DNA from: Gonapodya sp. JEL0774
Taxonomy: Eukaryota
Direction: 5' to 3'
NCBI GenBank assembly: GCA_027604505.1
Contig: JADIIX010000071.1
Coordinates: forward strand, 1-64,000
DNA: 64,000 nt
The position numbers and the translations under genes were made by a program. The notes under the pieces were generated by a model. It saw nothing but the letters and a program-made list of their open reading frames with translations. It made no database searches and was not told the origin of the DNA. Positions within the stretch are counted from its first letter, which is position 1. Every line of letters starts with the position of its first letter. Shown in pieces: positions 43,255 to 58,144 of this stretch.

Positions 43255-46200
43255 TCATCTAAATGTTCCGACTGTTCGTGCCATCCGTTTGGTCCGATCC
43301 AAATTCAAGAATTCCCTCTCTCGGGGTCGATTTTGTGCAGCAAATCCCACGACACCCGATTTCTGGAAGTGGAAGATCAATAAGAGAAGACTACGAACGA
43401 TTTTAAGCCGCACGCACATTTGTTTCTTCTCCGGGGATGGCAGGTGGACGCTCAAGTAGACTCTCGTAGAAAACATGAGTCGGAGGTTCTTGAATGCATA
43501 GAATCTCACTTATCGAGACGTCTGTAATCTGCAGGTTGTAACGCGGTGAGACGTTCACTACGTTCCAGTCGACCCCAGTCGACGAATCAGATACTGAGAC
43601 AACTTACAGAAGGAACAGGAAAATCGATTACTTTGTTTAGAGGGCCTTCGTCGTCCGTGTGTTTCATCGATTTCGTATTTGCGGTGCTCTTCGTGCGGCG
43701 GTCCACAATCTGGTAGGAGACCGTACATGGTAAATCGACTTTTCATCGGAAGAAGTGTCTGTGACTTACTGCGTTCAAAAACTCCATCAGATCAAAAGAA
43801 GTGAGGTCATTTGGATTCAAAATGAGTTCCTGAACTCTCCTCATCAAGTTCTCCCTGGGGCGCTCGCAAAGCGGAGGTGTACCGCCGGGTCCCGGCTGTA
43901 TGGTGCTGTGATCGGTGGACACATCAGACTCATGTTGAGATTGTTTCGCACATTCCAATCGTTCCAAGGTTTCGCGTCCCTCAAGAGTCCTTCTCTCAAA
44001 CGGGGTTGCATTGGCTTCGCTTGAAAGCTTCGGGGCTCCATCTGCTCTCAGTTCCCTCTTCGCGGATGATACACCAGAGACTGTACAGGGTTTCACAAGC
44101 AATGTGTCAATTTGTCGTAGTAAGTCCCGCCGAATGTCTGTTGTGTCAGCATCAGCAGCAGAGTTCATGAAGCGAAGTTGATTCAGCAAACTGAGGAGGT
44201 CTTTTGGGAGCTCCAACTGCCTTATCCACGTGCTGACAGAGTCAAGCGAAATTTCATTCGTAAACGGCCCATTTACTTCCAACTATCGGATCATTCAAAT
44301 TAGTTCCGCGGTGTGGAGGATGACGGTCACGTTCACTACTACTTACGACTGATAAATTCTCCTCTGTCAGGAGACGGCGGGAGTTTTCTGTCAAGGACAC
44401 CTTGATTCCATAACCTGAAAAGTCCAATCAGTCCGAGGATCATCAGCGTTCAACGGAAGAATGTATGCTCACCTGTCACGATAAGATCATATGTCCGTTC
44501 CTTGGTTACTAGGCTGATAGGCAGCTTAAAATGTCCCATCACCCGACACGCCACTCCAACGGTACAGCGAGTACTACGATTTGGTTTCAATACCAATGGT
44601 GAAGGCAAACTAATTTCGCTGATATCCGGTTGGAGCTGTGATGTCGCGAATGTGCAGTGCAATGTAACATCCCCATTGTTGGTCAACACGATGCTTCCAA
44701 AGGCGAAGTGGTTGCACGGACATTTGCCTGTAGTACAAAGGTGACTCAAAATCTCAAGTAAGGTGCGCAAGGATTCGACCCCGCGGGAACGTACCGAGGG
44801 ACACTGTCGTGGGAGCGATATCAAGATTCATTCTTCCTCCAACCCCAAGAAGGGCGATTTCTTTGTAGTTGATTCCTTTGCATTCTACCAAGAGGCTTGA
44901 CGTAAACTTGCCAAAGCTTGGGGGTGTGAATGAAACCTTGATGTCCTCATTCTCTCGTGGGAGCATCGAACCTTCAGACTTTGACAAAGTGTAGTGATCT
45001 TTTGGAGAGGGAATTTGCCACGCGAGTGGAACTTTGCCCTTGTTGGTTATGGAAATGGTTTCGGTATAAGTGGTGCCAATAGCACAAACACCAAAATCAA
45101 TGAAGACACTTCGAATTCCAATTTCAGGAAAGAGAGCTTTCCCTCGTACGGAGACAGAAAATGTCCCTATATTGGTTGCCAAACTAATAGCAGAACGAAG
45201 TTCGTATGCACCGCTTGGTGTCCAGGAAACCTGACATGTCGAGGTCTCTCCACCCAATGTAATTCCGTTTGCAGGTTGAACTTTCACCGGATACGCAAAT
45301 TTCATTGACCAAGTCAAAGGAAAACGACCATAATTGCGCCAGGTTAAAATCTTGCTGGTCGCATCAGATACTGGGCATAACCCCAAGTTGAGGAAATTAA
45401 ATTCGTTATGCTTCAAAAGAGCCTCTTCACACTGTCCGTGTGCGTACAAAGTGAAAGGGCGATTTACCAAGTCAGTTTTGAGCACAAGCCTCTCTCGAAA
45501 ACTCCCCACTTCATAGCAGACAGTGGTGATGGTGAGATCAGAATGCTTTCTCGGCAGCAAAAGTCCTTTGAAATTCGTTATGTGAAACCTAGATGGGCGA
45601 TTAGTGTCCTTCAACTGATACGAGGTCTTCACGGTCCCGACATTCTTGATGTGGAATTTGAGCTCCGGTCGAGAAGACTTCTCAAACATGCCGAAGTCTA
45701 GACTCTCCACGCTGAATTCGAGTAGTACAGATCCGGCATGAAGGTTGATAGGGATTCTATGATACGAATATGGAGAAGTGATCTCGAGTACCACTGACGA
45801 CTTCGTTTCCTGTCGAAAGTGTGATTCTTACATATATTCGAAAGCGGGATTCAATGCGACCGTATACTCACTGCGGTGGGAACAAAAGCGACCGTAACAG
45901 ATGCCTCTGAAAAAGGTAACACGGTGAGTGTGCTCGGCGTAACCCGCAAGTCTGGGAACTCCTGATCAAATCTAAATAAAATTGGATAATTCTACGCCCC
46001 GGATCATCGTTACAACAAGAGTCAACAGAATCTCTTCCGGGAGGGTACTCACCACATCACCGACGTTTTTCAGATCCAAGCGTTGCTCATATCGGTTTCC
46101 GATTATGCAGTCAGAATACTCCATCGCATTGCGAGAAATGATCAATACGGCCTTGTGAACGTGTGACCATGTTTCGGATTAACTTTTTCACTCGTGAAGT

Positions 46201-49200
46201 GAACATCAAGTAACGAACCTCCCGACCAGCCCCTACAAGCTCAATCGTCCACCTTTCGTTTATCGTGCCCACAGTAAGCTTTCCTGGGGGCGGACTCTCT
46301 TCTTGAGGATTGAATACAATGGGCAGGTTGAACGTTTTCCCGGGAGGTAATGATACTCTGAAGGGCAGGGTCAATGATGCGAGGCTTCGTCTGTTTCTTC
46401 ATGTTCCACGGACTCACCGCGCACTGGGCCAATCATCTCCACAAAGGAAAGTATCTGTTTCCTCAAGTTCAAACTTGGTTAGGTGAAGCATTGCATTTCC
46501 TTCATTTGCGATAGGCAGAAACGACGTCTAAAGTTGAAGGGAGTGTTCGTCCTGTTGTTTGTTCTTGACGAGAGCCTGAGTGCACTTACAGTGTTCTTTC
46601 CGATCATACAATGTCCAAAATCAAACCGGCGGTACTTCGCGAGAGACGCTTTGGCAGTACCTCCTGCTCCGAAGAAGTTGAATCGGATGGGTTGGGAGCA
46701 ATCAGGCTCAAAAATAATGGGAAGATTTTGCACGTTCTCGTCCGCGGCACGAAACGTGAATTGCACCGTTAGAGATTGCCCTAGTTTAAGCGTACCCTTC
46801 GGTGGGGAGATTGTCAAACCTGGGTTTTCATTGCGAAGGCGGAAGTTAATGTCCTTGTGTCCGGCATTGAAAAATGTTCGCGACAACGTTTCTGGTTCAT
46901 TGATTGGCTGACGATAGAAGTTTAATGGGCGAGTATCATCACACACTATGTACACTGCCTTAGGAGTTGCTGAGAGGGCCACCTCATGTGGTAAGGTGTT
47001 CGGAACTTGGGGACGACACAGCAATGTTGCCAAAAAGGTATCCTCTGTAAGTAAGCACAGCTCAACATTCACGGACACTTCTTCGTAACTGGGAATAAGA
47101 ATGGATGTCGGTTCAACTTTGACGAAGGAAGGCAGCCTAGCCGTGCTTTGGCTCGTCAACTGACTTGAACTAATCAACTGGTAAAATATTTGCTTCCGTT
47201 TGCGATGTTCTGACATCCTGGCGGCGCGACCAGGTTTTTGGCGGGACTGCATGACACTCTTGACTTCAGAAGAAAGTGAAGACTGTTTCTTGCTGAGTTT
47301 TTGGACTTGTTGGATTTCTTCAACCGCTTCAGTCCCATTTCTGGCGTCGAATAAAATAGATAGCTGAATCATCCGCCAGTAATCCTGCGCCGAAAGCCTT
47401 GTCATTTGGCTGGTATTCTTTCCCATAAGAACTTGGTGCCGCGCCCAGCTAGTCCGAGGGTCATGTTGGGCGTACGACTGCAGGACGGTCAACTTGCCAC
47501 CTGCAACTTCAACATTGTGCCCCACAACTGCCCATTCTAGATCGCAAAACGCAGGAATTGATCCAGTGTTGAAAAGAGTGAGACTACGACTGTACACGAA
47601 GTTGCTGGATATGTCCCCGAAACTTAAGTCTCCGCGATGACCAATATTGATGGTACCACCTCGCCCGCGGACTTGTATGTTTTTGTTCCCGCTATCTGAA
47701 ATAACTCTTACGTACCCTTGTGAAATGGCGGGTGCCTTGCTTGTAAAGTTGGCTCCGAGTTCGACGCAGTGTGAAGGTGAAACCACACACGAGACGCTTG
47801 CGAACCATTGAAGCTTTGTGGTACGTCTGCCATGGTTTTCCTTCTGTTTTGCAATCTTCTTGCGCTCGTCCAAGGGTGTTTGCTCCCCGAGCAGCGCAAC
47901 TCCGAATTCGGCATTATCAACGAGGACATGGAAAGAGACCTCCACCATTCCTGTGTTGCATACGTAAAACCGCTTCTCGGATGATGTGTTGAAAGGAACC
48001 ATTCCAAACTCCAAGTAGCCACATTTTTGATCACTCTCTTCTGTGTACTCAATGTCGAGACGGCCAAGTCCCCCGGACCCGAGAATAACTGCATTTAGGG
48101 GGTCTTCCTCCCACAAAACTCGTAAATCCATTTTAGTTGTCTCCTCTCCACAGGGTTTGAATACTACCGCGATCGGAACACTGGCGTTCGCGGGCACGTG
48201 ACCACGTTGTGGAGAGACATCGAACTCGAGCAATCCGGATGGTTGCACAAAATAATCCAGACCAAAAGGCGATTCATTGCTCAGAGACAAAAACGATCTG
48301 TATATGCTGCCAACCCTATGAACGCCAACATCTAGAGGCTGTGAATCGGCGGCAGAAAGGCAACGCCCATCTTGAGAGTACATATGCAGCTTTGGGACTG
48401 CTGATTTCGCGACGATGGTGAACTCCTCATGATTGTTTCCATGGTAAATCCGAACGATGGTTGAGAATTCCTCCTCACTATTAGCCATATATTCAAACAC
48501 AAGCTCCACCCAGCTTTCAGGGTCGCAACGGCCATCGGGGGTGAGTATGCGAATGCCCTGTGCGTTGAGAGATGCCATCCAGGTCGGGGTCAGTTCTTTG
48601 AGGCTTCCCGTCTGGATTTCATTGCTGGTAGATGCCACTGTCAACATACTGTCCGTTTCCAAAAGTTCATCTGCATAAATCGACCAATCTGCATTCGGAG
48701 GACGAGGTCGAACGTGAAAAGCAGTCCCCACGTTCCCTTCGTTATGCAATCGCACAATCTTTTTGAATGGATGGCCAAGCCGACATACACCGAAGTCAAT
48801 AATATTTTGGGGTAACGCGATCTTCACCACCGCTGCACCGCCAAAACCGCGAATAGTGCTCTCAATGGTGTGAAATTCGTAGTTGATTACCAGTTTCCAC
48901 TCATAGAGGATCATCGCAGTGGGAGTGAACGCAATCGCGATGGGAAGCGCTTGTCCTACAGCAATATTTCCTCTACGAGGTGTAATTGTTATCAATTCTG
49001 AGGCGTGTTGCCGATCCGCTGCAGCTTTGGTGCTGGTTTGTATCCTGGTAAGTTCGACAGTGAAGTTTAGAGCAATGTTTCCTGTGTTCACGACCTCGAG
49101 CTCCCTCTGACACTTGGATCCCAGGCTACAAATTCCGAAGTCAAGAATAGTGCTGAAATTGTCCGGGTGAACTTCGAGCTTTGGTATTCCCACATTGCCA

Positions 49201-52200
49201 CGCAAACTGATCATAAAGTAGTCCCCTCGACTGTCCGAGGATTTGATGAAGCACTTTGCGTCCAATGCCTCCACGGATGTTGGCACATATTGTATCGTTA
49301 TGTCTTTCGTTTCACTGGGCCCGATGATTCCATTCTCACCACTCGCCAGCGTTACCGATGAGTGTGAACAGGTGAATTGGACTTCGGCTTCAGCCAAACC
49401 TTTGTTTTGAAGTGTCACCGCACGACAGTTTGGTGTCATATACAGCGCGGTTCCAAAGTCAACCAATCTCGTGAGGCAGACGAGTTCCGGATATCCACCG
49501 ACTCCACGAAGCTTAATATTGACAGGATCCAGATGGAAGGTTCCTTCCAAAGAATGTCCGAAGATCCGCAGCTTTGCTGAGTTCTCGCCTTCCCTTCGAG
49601 GCTTGAAGGAAACCAGAATTTCTACCTCGCCGTCTCCTGGTAATCCAAGAAACTGAATCAAACCTATCTAACGTGCAACTGCGATGACACTCGGCAACTT
49701 ACCCTCAAGTATACCTTGCTCAGGCTCAGTGGTGAATGCTCCATCTGAAGACTCAATGAAGTATCGGGACTGGAGAATCCCAATATTCTTTACATAGAGA
49801 CTTGTGGTCTTGGAAACGCCAATTCGCAAAGTTTGAAAATCAATTATTGGCTTGGAGCAAAGAAAACGAGTTGAACCGCCAATTCCATGGAGGTCGATCT
49901 CAAACTCGCAAAAATTGTTCGAACTGAGGAGAAAAGTCGATGAGACCTCTGTTTCGGATATGACTGGCCGAAAGGTGACGTCTAAAGTCTGAATGCAGCC
50001 TGCCGCTAATATTCCCGATATCGGGAAAACATCGAAGGGGCAAGGTGCACCAGACACAGCAGAACCATTCATATCGTCACTGGCATGACCATGGCGTGAG
50101 TATCGCCGCAAGGTGGTGTCCTTTTGAGTGACCTTCCACGAAACCGCCAGCTGTCCAGGATTCTCAAATCGCAGGGGGTATACCTACATAATCAACGCGT
50201 CAGAGCAAAGGCATACTGCATCCGTTTCGACCTAAAACATTATTGTGCAACTTACGAAGCGTCCCCGAACTGGCCTAACACTAAAGTCCAACCTCTTCTC
50301 TAACAGGCGGAGTGGCGGCTGTGCATTGCCTTGCACCAGAAGCTGCAGACTAGACTGTTCCCCCGCCCTTCGCTCCAGATCGACGCGCAGAGATGTTTGG
50401 AAGACGCCCTGTCAAGTCACAAAATTGTTTTTCACTACATTAGTCGATGACTGGTCCAAATTGATTTTGTCAAATAAAGTACCTGCTCGTGAGTGGCCAC
50501 CTTCAAAACTAACTCGAAATTCTGTTTTGGTCGAAGCGAAATCGGGAACAGGGACTTAACGGATGGAATCTTGAGTCCACCTGCGGCAGTCGTTACGTCC
50601 AATCTCCGGCGCCGCTTGAGCACGTTGAGTCCCTTCTCGAAGCCTCTGGCTCCAGATATCTCTGAGTTATGGAAGTCAGCTTCGTCAAAATCTATCTCTG
50701 CAGAATCTTGGGAAGAATGAATCGGCCTTTCCCAGGGACCCGAGTCCGTGATTTCTCGACATTCACTCGGCGAACCAATGGAATAGGAAAACAATGATGG
50801 TGTCTGTCGCAGAACCATCGCATCCAGTGACTCTCTTTCGTCAGTGAGCGTCCAATTCATTCGAAGTGGGTCTTGTACCGATATATGAGTGATACTCACT
50901 CCCAAAGAACCCGCATTAATGACTTCGATTGCTTTAGTCGCTGATCCCTGCGAGGAAATGATTCCAAGATTAATGGTGTTGTGGGGCATAAAGCTAGAGA
51001 TATCAATCTCAGAAGAAAAATGGGCATTCTGTGAAAGGTGGGGAGCTTCAATGGGCACAGCGACATTTGCGGTGATGAACTGTGTTCCCGATTCGCAACT
51101 GACACCAAGGGCTTTCGTAAACGAGAATCCCGATATGAGCAGAAGACTATTCCAGACGCCTAACTTGATTGGCCGAGCCTCCAATGTTACTTCGGAAGTA
51201 CGGTTTGCCTTGAGCGACAAATGGGAGCCTCCAACGACCAAAAAAGGCTCTGACACTGCCAACAACAAATTCGCATCAGAGGACCAGTCACTTTTGATCC
51301 TCAGCGTTCGCGGTATCACTTCGTCGGTCGACACGGCTCCAAAATCGATCCAATCCGCTTCAACGACCCAAGAAGGTTTACCCACATCACAAGAGCAGCA
51401 CACAAGTAGAACCTGTTGCTTCCTTTTCACATTGTTGCTAATGCGTTCGCCCTTCAAGCTTACCCGCAACAGTGGATCAACGTAGTCCAATGCTAGCAAA
51501 ACGCTATTTGACCCTGCCTTTACTCCTTGAAATATGACTTCGAGAGTCACCATATCCCATGGACGCAGGGTCATCTTCGGGTGCGACAGAGAGAAAAATG
51601 ATGTAGTGTCGGCCGCAGACGCAGTGACTGCTGGAGGAGCCGATCTTTCAGAATCCGCAGACCGGGGTACGCTGCTAGTCACGCGGCAATCCACATTGAC
51701 GGTCCAGGGCGACTTGTTCCGGATCAAGATCTTCCTGGTGCTCTTGTTGTTCTCGTCTATCCCGGCAAACTTGATTTCTTCAGTTCCGGCTCGCGTTTCA
51801 GCAGTGACCATACTTCTGAAAGCCGCATACAGGGGAATTGTACAGAGCGAGTGCTTGCCGTCCATGGCACAAATGCTGCCAATCGCGGTTACTCTCTCCC
51901 TTCCTCCACCAGCAAGGGCATCAAAAGTCCCTGCGGTTATCCTCAACGGTATGTCAATCGAACTTCCCGGGTTCAAACTCCCATCAAGTGGAATGTCAGT
52001 TTCAAAAGGATACGACAACAGCAGGCAAAAGCGTTGCGCCTCCGACGAGATATTTGTCAGCGTGACAAGCTCGAACGCTGAATGCTCAACCTCATCAGTT
52101 GCAAGGACGAGTTGTTGCCGTTGTTCAAATGAAAATACTTCCGAATTCTTCACTAATTGCTCCGTGATGTTGAACGATTGGGTTTGAGTCCTTATTGCTG

Positions 52201-55200
52201 GAGGGGTCGCATGGGGATTCTTCCACCAGGATTGAAGCACATGAAGTTGCGGGTGGTCAGTATCACCAATGACAATCGAATGCAAGTTGAAACTCTGTTG
52301 AAGTTCTTTTCGGGGATATACAACCTGCATCACAATCTCCCCTTGGACAATTCCAGTTACGGAGGGAGCGAAAGAGAGCTACATGCAATCAAGGAACATT
52401 CGAGAAATAAATAAATTTATCATGTCGCTCGATACTGTTAATTCCTCACCTCCACCATGGTCCTGGATTCAGCTTTCAACTCGAGCACGCCACCTTCCTT
52501 CCCAGAAAACTCCGGGTTGTTCGGCAGGGATTTCCATTCTCTCGCATCTTTCTTGACTGTTTCGCCTCCAATCGGCTCACGATCCATTTGCTTTTGAACT
52601 CCGAAACCTGTTCCACTGTTGATAGCAACGGCAATGTCCACTGTTGTTGGGGAGATATTGTACACTGGAATAGCGACGGTATATGCTCCCTTTGATCCCG
52701 AGGAGACTGGACCCAAGCATATGTCAGTCAGAATTGGGCAGATCACACTCGGTCCAGAAAATGCAGAGATCCAAATCTCCCGAGGTGACGATCCTGGGGC
52801 GAACACCCGCAAGGTCTCTTTCCGGATTCCCGACATGTTACTTCGAAATTCGATTGGAATCTTCATGAAAGACCTCGGTCGGAGAAGAACAGGAAATCCG
52901 TGATTAACAACGATCTCTGCTGTGGATGTCTCAAATCCAACAGGGAGACTCCGCAACGGATCTGTATTTTCCAACAAAAGATGCCTCATCACACTGGGGT
53001 AGTCAATATCGACTGGGCCGAAGTCAATTTGATCATCAAACTTCTTCAATGTCTCCCCAACAATGCCCTTTAAATCCACTCTGTGCACTTCCCCACCGAC
53101 AGTCACCAAAATCAATACTTCCTCAAAACATTTCTGCTGTGCTGTCCCTGTGTTTGAATCGTCTCCTGGAGCAAACTGGACCTCGATTTGTTTTCGCTCG
53201 CGAGCTGCAAGAACAATCTGACTTGAAGGTGTTACGATAAACACTTTCTGCTTAGACGGTATAGCAAGTGCAACAGTCACATCCGAGTTCGCAAGATTAG
53301 CGACTGTTATTGGATAGGTTCTTGAGGTTCCCGACGGACAGATTCCGAAGTCCAACTCTCGCGCCGACACCGTTAGTAGCGGAGGGAGATAGGCCCGTAA
53401 GGTAAGCCTGAACGTGCACGGCCACGTTAATTTAAGTGAATGTCTCCCAAGTGGCGGCTACAGTGACATACCTCTCCATGCCCCACCCGTTGTATCCGCC
53501 ACGTACCTTCAACCACCCCTCGACCACGGTCCCGCGAACAGCAGGCCACGACGAATTTGGACCGATAGTGCAAGTCAACCTGACCGGTACTGTTCCATGG
53601 CGAGGGACTATCCCAAAACTCGGCTGTACGTCAAACATCTTCGAGGGCTCCACCTGAAGATGAAAAGGCACGTCGTCCGTAGTCGAGTTATTTCGGAGAC
53701 AAAGTTCATGGGACAAAGGATGCCGATTGAACACTAGTGGAGATTGCGAGAGGTTGAATGTCAGGAGTTGGGAATCGATTAGTTTCTCAGGGTGACTGTG
53801 CAGCCTGGTGAACGAATCATCTTGCATTGCAGCCGGTGTAGGCGAGTCCTCTGACTCAATTACATTCGCCGCCTCCACCTTAGCGGAATTGGCAGAACGA
53901 TGAATTGTCTTGGCGCGTTTGCGAGGCCTTTCCCAAAATGCAACAGATGTGACACCTAAGCCTTCTGCATAGGGACGAGACACTTGTAGGTTCTTTGCAT
54001 GTTTCATTTTCAGAAAAGCTTTTCGCCGGGGCACATAGCCTAATGCGCCAACCTTCCGGAGGTCATCCTCAGATAACTTAAGAATAGCACTGTCCGATGG
54101 CAGTGGAAACCAAACTGCCCAGAAACGAAAAAGCTCTCGGTTCAAGACAGGAAGAAGTAGGTCTTTGCCCGTCGTTTGACTCGAAATTGATGGCATTTCG
54201 TCTTCCACCACATTGTCAACAATTTGCGATGAAAACGGTTGAGACGGTGAGTACGAAGGTAAGGTCGATTCCAGAGGATTCCCATCTGAACTAGTGGACG
54301 GTGGGGTGAGGGTTGTTGGACAAGCAAACACTTCAATGAGGGTCCTTATCAGCGGACGGAAAAAGAGCTCCACACGAAGTCGATTTCGATTTGTAAGTGG
54401 GAGGTTTTGGGATAGCGACTGAAGAACTGCGATGATGATGGCCTTGTGTACCTTCAAGTCGGGAACGGAAGGAGATGAAGATATGACGGATCTAAAGTGA
54501 GGATCGACAAACAACAGCACCTTTGGGTGTAAAAGATCACAGAAAAGCCTATCAATGTACCGCATGAATTCTTCGTTCCCTCTGGCGTGAGCCAAGCCGA
54601 AAAATCGACTAATCGCGGTGAGAGCATGAACTTTTGCAGATATCGCGTGCGGGGCAATAAGCCGTTCCATGTTCACAAAGTCGAGATTCCTGGCTTCATT
54701 TTGTTCGGTAGGAGGAAATGCGCGCAGCAGCTGTGTGAGTGATACTCGGAACCCGAATGCGAGGACCTCAGACTGGACAGACTCGCGAAAAGCCAAGCAA
54801 GCGTCGCCCAGCAGTCTGAGAGCAATGTTCCGGTTAAAAGGGATCTAATGAAAAGGAGGAAGTATTGTTTGAATTGAATTTTGTTCCACTCGGTTGTGTT
54901 ACAAGAACTCACTTCATCGGCCGTTGCAATGTCACACAGATTCAAAATGAGCTTCTGCTGCAAAGAGATCTGTCGCAATTTCGTGGTTAAAGAATTTGAG
55001 ATCGCCACGAGTCCCTTGAGGATGATCGTTCGGACGGATGGCTCTTGAGAGCTCAGATTGGGAAGAACCATGGATGCCCACAAGGAATCCGAGTCTTGAG
55101 ACGGTAGCATTACCTGACCATTCAGCGCAAATATCGCATATGCAACGAGCGTCAGGAAATGAGAACTGTCACGCAATGTTTCCGGAGAATGATCAATGGT

Positions 55201-55332
55201 AGCAGGTATGCTCACTGTGTCAGACGCCAGCCTGTTCTGTCCACTTCTCAGGTCCTTCGGATCCGTCCATATCAAAGGCGAGCATCGTATTTGCAGCAGA
55301 GATTCGGAAACCCCAACCGCTTTGCTGCTCAT
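43255..55332 (-). CDS. Very large protein with N-terminal helical (HEAT-like) region and many tandem ASH/PapD-like Ig domains (Hydin/CFAP47/CFAP65-like)
   Basis: Long exons (e.g. 46479-49661, 50435-52333, 52438-53370, 44754-45794) repeat (L/I)DFG...(L/I)xNxG...PxxGx(L/I)...(I/V)xFxP. Ends approximate; orthologue not identified. Confidence 0.75.
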
Positions 55333-55495
55333 GCCGTGAATCAAATCTCGCTTGGTCTACAGTAATTACAGACTGTTCGGACAGTTCGCTCCATGCACTT
55401 TCACACAACATGCATATTTCTTATGTGAGAATTTTTTTGAATGGACGAAGCAAGAATAAAATCTCCTTCAAGAACATTCACTGCAGCTCCCCCTG

Positions 55496-56767
55496 TCATC
55501 GTCGTCCCCCTTGTGTTTTCTTCGCCTTCGGAAATTTGGCCTTACAGTAGTCACAGTACCACGCTCCTTCTGGTGGTGCAGTCAATCCAACACACGTGTA
55601 GTGGTACCATTCAACGGGGCACTGTGGAGAGGGTAGTGCTGCCGTGATCAGATTAAAGACTGTAAGGGAACAAGTACTGCCTCTCACATCTTCGTTGTCG
55701 CAGCCAATCATCTCCCCAAAGGAGGGGCGTTGGCAAATGCACCATAGCCGGCCGGCGTCCGGATCTTGCTCGAACCCTTCGACGAAGGGAAGTGGTTCCG
55801 GTTCGGGGACAATCCTGCGGGAGGAAACTTGCAGCGTGAGTAACATTCTAGCTTTTGCAACCACTTTTGTATCAAAAAGCGGGGTGAGATGAAGGATACC
55901 ACTCACTGTTGCTGCTTCACTCGTCGCGTCTTGAGTTTATCCAGGGGCTTGTTGATATTGTTGGGTTTAATACTTCCGCCCGGATTGCCGCCATTTCCCG
56001 CGGAACTTCCAATATTACCACCACCATTGGAAGTAGTACCTTCTATTCGGCGCCCTGCAGAATCAGATTCAAACGGTAAGACGCGGAGTGCTGGAGGTAT
56101 TGTGCGGAACACCAACGTTTGGAGCCAGGGGAACCATAGTCCCCATCCCGTTTGGATGCTTGCTGATAGTCCACCTGAGGACGTTCTCTTCCCCCCCGAC
56201 CGTACATGACCTGTTTTGTTTCGGGCTGCTCGAGACGGTGGTGTGTGGCGGAAATAGCTGAATGCCGAGAGGATATGTGTGCCTGTCTCCTAGAAAGTTT
56301 TTCTTCCTCATCGTAGCGATCCAGGTCGTCCTCGAGTCGTTCCACGACCCGCTCGGACATAGACTGTGCGCGAACGGTCGCCTCCATCTTTCGCTCGTCG
56401 TGCTCGCGAAGCTCCCTCAAGGCTGCTGCTAGAGATTCCAAACGCTGTATCTTTTGATTTGGCGTTAATTCCTCGAGTGATGACAGGAGGTATGATATTT
56501 CCGTCTGGGCCTTGTCCGCTAAACCCGTCCTTCAGTCAAATTTATGTAACGCGCTTCAGGAGAGCGATCGCCATCAGACTTACGTTTGACCATTGCTTCA
56601 CGAATCGCTGTAAAACTTGATGCAACGCCATAAGGGAAAGATTCAACAGCATCCAAAAAGTCGAACTGGGAGAGATCTTGAGTGTGGACCAAGGAAGGAA
56701 TAGGCGGGAAAGTTCAGAAACTCACCAAGAAGATCATCTGGGGCAAAGTTTCTCGGGACGATGCCAT
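55496..56767 (-). CDS. ING-family PHD-finger chromatin protein, multi-exon
   Basis: [46 protein letters not shown], plus a helical N-terminal region. Start tentative. Confidence 0.88.
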
Positions 56768-56900
56768 CGCTCAATATAGTAAAACAATATGTTGCAAACT
56801 CGAGTCCCTTCTCCAAGGTCATGTCGGGTGCGCATGATCAACCGTTTAGCCGATTGGGTAACAAACAAAACAGCCCTTCAACGGGAATAAATTGAACATC

Positions 56901-57854
56901 ATGGACACACATCGTCACCACGAGGATGGTGAGAAACCGCGGGATTGTGCAGAAGGAAAAGCATCTAAGAGACAGCGCCTGGAACCAACACAGACTCGGG
57001 AGCAGCTATTAGGTTCGTTTGATCCCTTGGAATCGTGGGTTCAATTTGCACGCTAGAAGATCGCTAACCAAACACGGCACCTTTTCTAGGCTCTATCCTC
57101 TTTCGGGGAGATACTTCAGACATATGCCAACCAAAGACTGAGCGGATAGCACCTCCAACATCCCGTGGGTGTCTCAGCGATTTCACATTCTGGGAGCAAT
57201 GATGAGACTCTCGCTACGGGCACAAAGTACTTGGAAGACTAGATGCATTTCTTCCTCAACTTGCGCTTGCCAACGAGAAGTTGCTGTCTGAGCTTTCATC
57301 TGATCCAACTGCCGCAGAAAGGTTCGACATCGAACAATTTAAGGGAGACGGTCCGTATGTGGAAATGGTGAGGCGAGATTCGTCAAGAAATTGCTTTTGT
57401 AGGAGATTTGTCTTCTAAAACGTTCCTTCAGAACCTGGGACTTGGAGTGTTTGATGTGGATGGGATTGACGGGACCGACGAAGCATCAGGAAGTGAAGAG
57501 ATTCGTTTTCGACCTGTCGAATCCGAGGCCAACTTGAGTGATGCTGCGGGCATCACGTCCTTTTTCCAAGATTTAGAAGGGAATGTGGGCGTTGAGGAAC
57601 TGAACGGCGATGCAGACGATTCAGAGGAAGAGAGTGGAGATGACCAGGGTCAAGACAACGAAAGCGATGGAACTGAAGAAGATGGCGACGTCGAAGGCAG
57701 TGATGAGGAGGGAGACACGGACACTTCGAACGACAGCGTCGACTCAGATTCATATGGTGGCGACGATCACATGGAGGATATAGTTCTGGCACAAACTCTT
57801 CCGCACGAACGTACCCCCGAATCGAATACGCGTGACGGTGAACGAGGGACCTGA
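56901..57854 (+). CDS. NOPCHAP1/C12orf45-like (DUF4598) protein, multi-exon
   Basis: VLGRLDAFLPQLALANEKL...FDIEQFKGDGPYVEM|NLGLGVFD followed by an acidic tail. Confidence 0.8.
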
Positions 57855-58144
57855 GAGCGCTTGTAATGGACGTGGGAAGGGAGTCAACTTCCCCCTGTGG
57901 AGTTCCGTCCAAGTTGTTGAGAGTTGAGGGACTTGATGGTGTACCAGGGATATGCATTTTTTGTTCTCGGGAATAAAATCAAATGTTTGCTCTTGATCTG
58001 CTTCGCCTGGTCGATGAAATTCGCTGTTCCTTTCTCTTCACACCTTCATTGGGGTACGTATTGTTGGCTATGCTCCTCTGTATTGCTTTCCCTCGCAGAA
58101 TGATGAGTGAAAATGTCTACTGCCTGCTCTTTCTAATAGCCACA

